This document shows, piece by piece, positions 57,127-64,000 of a DNA stretch of 64,000 nucleotides. The stretch is from Eledone cirrhosa (taxonomy: Eukaryota), in the NCBI GenBank assembly GCA_964016885.1, contig OZ024752.1:50282001-50346000 (forward strand), given 5' to 3'. The position numbers were made by a program, and so were the translations under genes. The notes under the pieces are model-generated. The model ran no database searches. It saw only the letters and a program-made list of their open reading frames with translations, and was not told the origin of the DNA. Each line of letters begins with the position of its first letter. Within the stretch, counting starts at the first letter, position 1.

Positions 57127-57621
57127 AGCTACAGCTACAATAACAACCAAGTATAAATCAAGTCTTATGAACTACTATCAGTGAAACACTAGTCAGGCAG
57201 AACTAAACTGAAGAAAAGCTTTAGGTGAAAGAAATGATGAGGGTAGAAACTAAAAGAGGAGAGGTGAAGAAATTATTTCACAGGCTTGTCCAGCTCATAT
57301 CTGCATAAAAGAATTGGGAGCGACTAGAGGCATTAAATTGATGAAGATGAAGATGATGATAATGATGATTTATATGATGACAATAATAATAATAATGATG
57401 GTGACAGTGACAATATGAAGACGACAGTAATAATAACTTTCGAAAATTTTAATTATTAGTGAAATATAAATAAAATATGGAAATTATTCCAGCCAACCCC
57501 CACCCCCACCCCTTCTTTTTGCAGCATAATAAAAGGTTATATCCTTGACTTCTAAACCAGCTGAATATTTCCACTGCTGTCGTAGTTACTGAATCAACTC
57601 AACACCTGTAAAGGTACGGCA

Positions 57622-57667
<46 letters not shown>

Positions 57668-57670
<3 letters not shown>

Positions 57671-57812
57671 AACAAGTAGGACCCCGATGGCTGAGCTCAA
57701 GCCGTTTCGACAGCTAATTCTGGACTCACTATTACCCACTCTACTACCCTAAGTATTGAGTACTTTGGTGCGTTATGGTCCACCTGGTTCCTTACCACAT
57801 TTCCTTCGTTAT
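57668..57812. mobile_element. Collapsed family H fold-back (inverted arm joined directly to tail)
   Basis: 57668-57725 inverted arm, 57729-57812 tail. Confidence 0.75.
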
Positions 57813-57839
57813 ATATATATTAGAATGTAGAGAAGATAT

Positions 57840-58170
57840 ATCATCATCATCATCACCGTTTTACATCCGTTTTTCCATGCTAGCATGGGTTAGATGGGTT
57901 TTCCTGTTGTGGGCAGTGTCCGGTTGGCTGACCTTATCTTGCTCATACAGGAACAGATTCTGGCTTGATTTCTACAGCTGGATGCCCTTCCTAACACCAA
58001 CCTCATTTACAGTGAGTGCTGGGTGCTTTTTTCCCGTGGCGCCTACACGACCACTTTGCAGTGGAATGATAGGGACCTCAGTCCCTATCATCTCATTTCT
58101 ACAGCTGAGTAAACTGGAGCAATGTGAAATAAAGTGTTTTGCTCAAGGAAACAACACATCACCCAGTCCC
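57840..58170 (-). mobile_element. SINE family 1 variant, 5' truncated
   Basis: Similarity to other copies. Confidence 0.82.
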
Positions 58171-58172
58171 AA

Positions 58173-58221
<49 letters not shown>

Positions 58222-58259
58222 TGTAGAGAAGATAGATATATATATAGATATAGATATAT

Positions 58260-58643
58260 GGGAAAAGAGTCAGGACCCCGACGGCAGAGCTCAAGCCATT
58301 TCGACAGCTCCTGGTCAGGCGTAGGGTTCCCGATAAACTTTTTCGGTAGAGTTTGATCCTGGTCGGGAGTAGGGTTCCCGATAAACCTTTTCAGTCCGTA
58401 GCTGTCTCGGCGTCTTAGTTGGAGGAATCATAGACGATGGTGATCCTGGCCTGGAGTTCGATCCTGGTCAGGATTAGGCTTCCCAATAAACCTTTTCAGT
58501 CTTAGTCCAGAAATAGCTGTCGAAACGGCTTGAGCTCTGCCGTCGGGGTCTTGACTTTTTTCCTATTACCCACTCTACTACCCAAAGTATCAAGTACTCT
58601 GGTGCGTTATGGTCCACCTGCTTCCTTACCACACTTCCTTCGT

Positions 58644-58645
<2 letters not shown>
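58260..58645. mobile_element. Family H fold-back with ~200-bp captured spacer
   Basis: Arms 58260-58308 / 58515-58566, tail to 58645; spacer holds three tcctggtc..agggttcccgataaaccttttc units. Confidence 0.75.
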
Positions 58646-58679
<34 letters not shown>

Positions 58680-58798
58680 CATATATATATACATACATAC
58701 ATACATATATATATATATATGCCAAATCAACTTTTTCAAATACAAGTCGATGTTGAACGGTATGTCAAATCTATTTATCTATAAAACTGTCTATATTG

Positions 58799-58864
58799 TA
58801 TTTTGTCTGAAGAAGGCATAACATATTGTTAATATGATATCCCTGAAATATATATAATGAAATA
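58799..58864 (+). ncRNA. Type I hammerhead ribozyme motif in solo family A arm (58720-58906)
   Basis: tattttgt CTGAAGA aggCata..tatCcct GAA ATATATAT A atgaaata. Confidence 0.75.
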
Positions 58865-59485
58865 AATATGGTTTTATAAATATAGTTTCCATTTATTTAA
58901 TATCGTATATATATATATATATATATATTTATATAGTGAAACCTGAATAAGATTGTTCCCATGTTCTCAAAAAGTCACACATCAACACACACTGCCTTAG
59001 ATACCAATTCCTTTGTCTGAGCTCACATGTCACCATTTGAAGTGCAGCCTTTGTTTAGAGGGAAATGGCTGTCAGGACATCTGTTTAATGTTTCTGGGCA
59101 CCCAGTCCGTATAAATAAAAGAAATTTTGACTCTAGAGGGTAGAGTCTGCCTCTTCATTCTGCCGCACTCATATATGTATGAGCATACATATGTATATAT
59201 GTCATCACCATCATCATCATCATTACTATTTAACGTCCATTTTTCATGCTAGCATGGGTAAGATATGTAACATCATCATCATCAACGTTTAACGTCCGTG
59301 TTCCACGCTTGCATGGGTTTGGACGGGGGTTTTCCCACTTGAGGCAAGAGTGTTTGTCTTGCTCGCATAGGACTATCTGGCGGGTTTTCTACAGCTAGAT
59401 GCCCTTCCTAACACCAACCACATTTACAGTGTGGGGCTGGGAGGTTTTTACCGTGTTGCCTACACGACCACATTACAGCGTGGAC

Positions 59486-59516
<31 letters not shown>

Positions 59517-59654
59517 TGCATTCAAATTCAGAGGGTTTTTTAAAGTCCAACTAAGAGACTAATTTTATAGTCAAATAAGCATATGTTACTAACTAATTTT
59601 CAAATTTGTTAGCTGTTTGTAAACAAAGCTTCCTTTGTGTCTCCTTATTTATAT

Positions 59655-59692
<38 letters not shown>

Positions 59693-59781
59693 TGAGTACT
59701 CTGGTGCATTGCTGTCCACCTGATATCTTACCACACCCACTTTGCTATATATATATATATGTACATATATTTCTCATTCTT

Positions 59782-59817
59782 TCTTCTGATGAAGGACTAG
59801 CATCCGAAACGTTAAGA
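59782..59817 (+). ncRNA. Minimal hammerhead ribozyme motif (family J)
   Basis: tctt CTGATGA a gga ctagca tcc GAA ACGT T aaga. Confidence 0.7.
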
Positions 59818-59911
59818 CCCTCTTCCTGCTATTTCAAGTGTTAACCTAATATATCCCTTCCATATACTGTACCGATTGTGTTGTTATTTCTGTTTACCTT
59901 TTACATACATA

Positions 59912-60420
59912 TCATCATCATCATCATCATCACCGTTTTACGTCCGTTCTTCCACGCTAGCATGGGTTAGACGGGTTGTCCTGTTGTGGGCAGTGTCTGG
60001 TCGGCTGACCATGGACATGTGATGCGTATGAAGGATGACAGCTGCATAAAAAGGTGCAGAGCACTAGAAGTTGATGGAAACCGCGGAGTGGGGAGACCCA
60101 AGATGACTTGGGATGAGGTGATAAAAGCCGACCTTACCCAACTACACCTCTCAAAGTCAATGACACACGACCGTGACTTCTGGCGTCACGCAGTAATACA
60201 GGGTACCCGACCTCCCATGGGTACATGCTGAAGCATATAAACAATATGCCCCCCCCCCCCCCACCGCAAGGTGGTCGTGGAGGTGCCACGGCAAAAAAGC
60301 ACCCAGCCCACACTGTAAAGTGGACGTGTAGGCGCCACGAAAAAGCACCCAGCACTCACTGTAAATGAGGTTGGTGTTAGGAAGGGCATCCAGCTGTAGA
60401 AATCAAGCCAGATCAGTTCC
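59912..60420. mobile_element. RTE-LINE/SINE composite with twin-priming inversion
   Basis: Tail on - strand 59912-60013 joined at catg to + strand GHVMRMKDDSCIKRCRALEVDGNRGVGRPKMTWDEVIKADL..DRDFWR..* plus SINE core. Confidence 0.85.
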
Positions 60421-60536
<116 letters not shown>

Positions 60537-61096
60537 AGAAAGATGCACACACATTGATCTCGCATATGAATCTGAACCACCGATACCAAGAGAAACCTCT
60601 CAACTTATCCAGTGTGCCCCTTTTTACTTCGGAAAAATAATTTAGCAATTTATAAATTTAAAAAAAATACTGTTATGAAATTAACTGAATTCAATTGAAT
60701 CAATACTATTCAAATTAAAAGACTGGCAGTAAATGATCTACCCCTAGTAGAGTTATCATAACCATCAAACCGAGATGATCTTGGTTGATGTGCATAACAA
60801 ACAGCCTATCTCAACTCATCCATACACTCTATAATTTCCATGCCCGAGAAGAGCTTATTTTATAAGATCTAATCTAACAACCTTATTAGATCAGACATCC
60901 CTTGGTCCACCTCTTGTCGCTTTACATTCTACTACCATCTACCCATACAATATTCATATTTTATTTTATTTTATATAATTTTTTTTTTGGGGGGGGGGGG
61001 CAATATTGGGGGGGGGGGGCTTTTTTTTATCCCTATCAATTGCATCACCTGTCAGCATTGAGAAATGAAAATTCAAACAATTGTTGTTGTTGTTGT

Positions 61097-61131
<35 letters not shown>

Positions 61132-61359
61132 GTGGTGGTGATGATGATGGTGGTAGTGGTGGTGGTGGTGGTGGTGGTGGTGGTGATGACGATGATGATA
61201 ATGATGACGACCATATGAAGCAGACTTGGTTTTGCAAGCGTTGGTTGATCATTGATCGAAATGTCCAATAGCCAGTGGCTTCTTCAACTTAATACCATTC
61301 CATTTGTCTCGTGTTTACATTTCATATTCCACAGATTACATTATTACACTCTCTCCTCT

Positions 61360-61775
61360 GTCGGTGCCTGGCCTAGTGGTAAGTGTGTTGAACTTATGAT
61401 CATAATGTCATAGGTTCAATTCCTGGGTTGAGTTGCGTGTTGTGTTGTTGAGTAAAACACTTCATTTCACGTTGCTCCAGTATACTCAGCTGAAAATGAG
61501 TACCAGCAATAGCTGGGGGTTTAATCCTGTGATGGACTGGCGTCCTGTCCAGGGGAAGTCTTGTACTCTCAGTTGCTTCAAGCCATAAAACCGGTATAAG
61601 CACCGGCCTAACGAGTCTTCTTTCCGTTACTTCTACTGTGAACGTACATGGCTTAGTGATTAGGGCGCTGCTCAGCTCATGATCATATGGTAATGAGTTC
61701 AAATCCTGACAGCATATTGCCTCCTTGAACAAGACATTATTCCACATTGCTCCAGTCCACTCAGCTGAAAATAAT
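61360..61775 (+). mobile_element. Two older tRNA-headed SINEs in tandem
   Basis: tggcctagtggt/ggttcaattcc boxes with cctgtgatggactggcgtcctgtccagggg core; second head catggcttagtgatt at ~61648. Confidence 0.7.
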
Positions 61776-61829
61776 GTACTGCACCCAATGTTACAGTGAC
61801 AGCAATAGCAATTTATTTGTGCCCTAACT

Positions 61830-62175
61830 CATCATCATCATCATCATCACCGTTTTACGTCCGTTCTTCCACGCTAGCATGGGTTAGACGGGTTGTCCTG
61901 TTGTGGGCAGTGTCTGGTCGGCTGACCATGCCTTGCTCATACAGGAACTGATTTGGCTTGATTTCTACAGCTGGATGCCCTTCCTAACACCAACCTCATT
62001 TACAGTGAGTGCTGGGTGCTTTTTCGTGGCGCCTACACGTCCACTTTACAGTGTGGGCTGGGTGCTTTTTTGCCGTGGCACCTCCACGACCACCTTGCGG
62101 TGGGTGGTGTGAAGGCATATTGTCTATATGCTTCAGCTTGTACCCATGGGAGGTCGGGTACTCTGTATTGCTGCG
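61830..62175 (-). mobile_element. RTE-LINE/SINE composite 3' end
   Basis: Reverse complement of 25823-26186. Confidence 0.8.
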
Positions 62176-62611
62176 TGTGCAGGAATGCTTTGTAAGTAAT
62201 TTAAAGAAAAGGTTCGCTATTAGGATTACTATAGTTAATTTGAATGAGGGTTTCTAACTAAAAACAAGGTACAATGTGCAATAATTAATAATAAAAGCTA
62301 TCGTCTTTTCTTTTTAATCAACTCTCAGATATTCCATAAACTCTAACCTATGAATGTGCAGTAAATTGACTCAATATATTCTTACAAATCTTCGTTTCAT
62401 GTCAAGTCTAATTAAGTCCTTATTATCAATAAGTAAATAAAGACAGTTTCTAGAATAAGGTTTGTTACCTTTGTGTTGTGTTTTTTCCAATAATGATTTG
62501 CCTGAAGCTTTAGTCAATATTTTATCTTATAGCATACCTACAAACATTTCTTCTCTTTTAATTTCCATTATTACCATGATAGCTGCCTGGAAAATCCTAC
62601 ATTCCAACAGT

Positions 62612-63975
62612 TATATATGTATATGTGTATATGTATGTATATGTATGTATTTATGTATATGTGTACATGTATGTATATGCATGTATTTATGTATATGTGT
62701 ACATGTATGTATATGTATGTATTTATGTATATGTGTACATGTATGTATATGTATGTATTTATGTATATGCGTACATGTATGTATATGTATGTATTTATAT
62801 ATATGTGTACATGTATGTATATGCATGTATTTATGTATATGCGTACATGTATGTATATGTATGTATTTATATATATGTGTACATGTATGTATATGCATGT
62901 ATTTATATATATGTGTACATGTATGTATATGCATGTATTTATGTATATGCGTACATGTATGTATATGTATGTATTTATGTATATGTGTACATGTATGTAT
63001 ATGCATGTATTTATATATATGTGTACATGTATGTATATGCATGTATTTATGTATATGCGTACATGTATGTATATGTATGTATTTATGTATATGTGTACAT
63101 GTATGTATATGCATGTATTTATGTATATGTGTACATGTATGTATATGTATGTATTTATGTATATGTGTACATGTATGTATATGCATGTATTTATGTATAT
63201 GTGTACATGTATGTATATGTATGTATTTATGTATATGTGTACATGTATGTATATGTATGTATTTATGTATATGCGTACATGTATGTATATGTATGTATTT
63301 ATATATATGTGTACATGTATGTATATGCATGTATTTATGTATATGCGTACATGTATGTATATGTATGTATTTATATATATGTGTACATGTATGTATATGC
63401 ATGTATTTATATATATGTGTACATGTATGTATATGCATGTATTTATGTATATGCGTACATGTATGTATATGTATGTATTTATGTATATGTGTACATGTAT
63501 GTATATGCATGTATTTATGTATATGTGTACATGTATGTATATGCATGTATTTATGTATATGTGTACATGTATGTATATGCATGTATTTATGTATATGTGT
63601 ACATGTATGTATATGTATGTATTTATGTATATGTGTACATGTATGTATATGCATGTATTTATGTATATGTGTACATGTATGTATATGTATGTATTTATGT
63701 ATATGCGTACATGTATGTATATGCATGTATTTATGTATATGTGTACATGTATGTATATGCATGTATTTATGTATATGTGTACATGTATGTATACGCATGT
63801 ATTTATGTATTTATGTATATGTGTACATGTATGTATATGCATGTATTTATGTATATGTGTACATGTATGTATATGCATGTATTTATGTATATGCGTACAT
63901 GTATGTATATGCATGTATATGCATGTATTTATGTATATGTGTACATGTATGTATATACATGTATTTATGTATACA
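62612..63975. repeat. 36-bp minisatellite gtacatgtatgtatatgcatgtatttatgtatatgt
   Basis: More than 30 units. Confidence 0.95.
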
Positions 63976-64000
63976 TACACACATATATGTGTATATGTAG

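Noticed and set aside
62462-64000. 512-aa Cys-rich ORF
   Set aside because: 36-bp TA-derived minisatellite

Overview
This is AT-rich eukaryotic non-coding DNA, intronic or intergenic. Its SINE repertoire and (TA)n density point to an octopod cephalopod (inference). Almost all ORF-track entries are microsatellite artefacts. No complete gene is present; there is one plausible internal coding exon (51287-51450). Recognisable content: several tRNA-headed SINE families, 3' fragments of RTE- and Tx1-like LINEs, piggyBac-type TTAA MITEs and many mini/microsatellites. The most notable signal is a set of short (150-600 bp) non-coding fold-back cassettes inserted in (TA)n tracts. Each is a head-to-head inverted repeat in which one arm carries an extra ~60-95-nt tail. 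Many arms contain type I hammerhead ribozyme motifs (CUGANGA...GAAA, short and often palindromic stem III). One family shows stem II covariation around a conserved mismatch. Three families share a stem-loop 4-7 nt downstream of the point where the short arm meets (TA)n. This fits non-autonomous or truncated Penelope-like/retrozyme-type retroelements integrating by double priming into TA microsatellites. All alignments and folds were done by eye; no database search was run.
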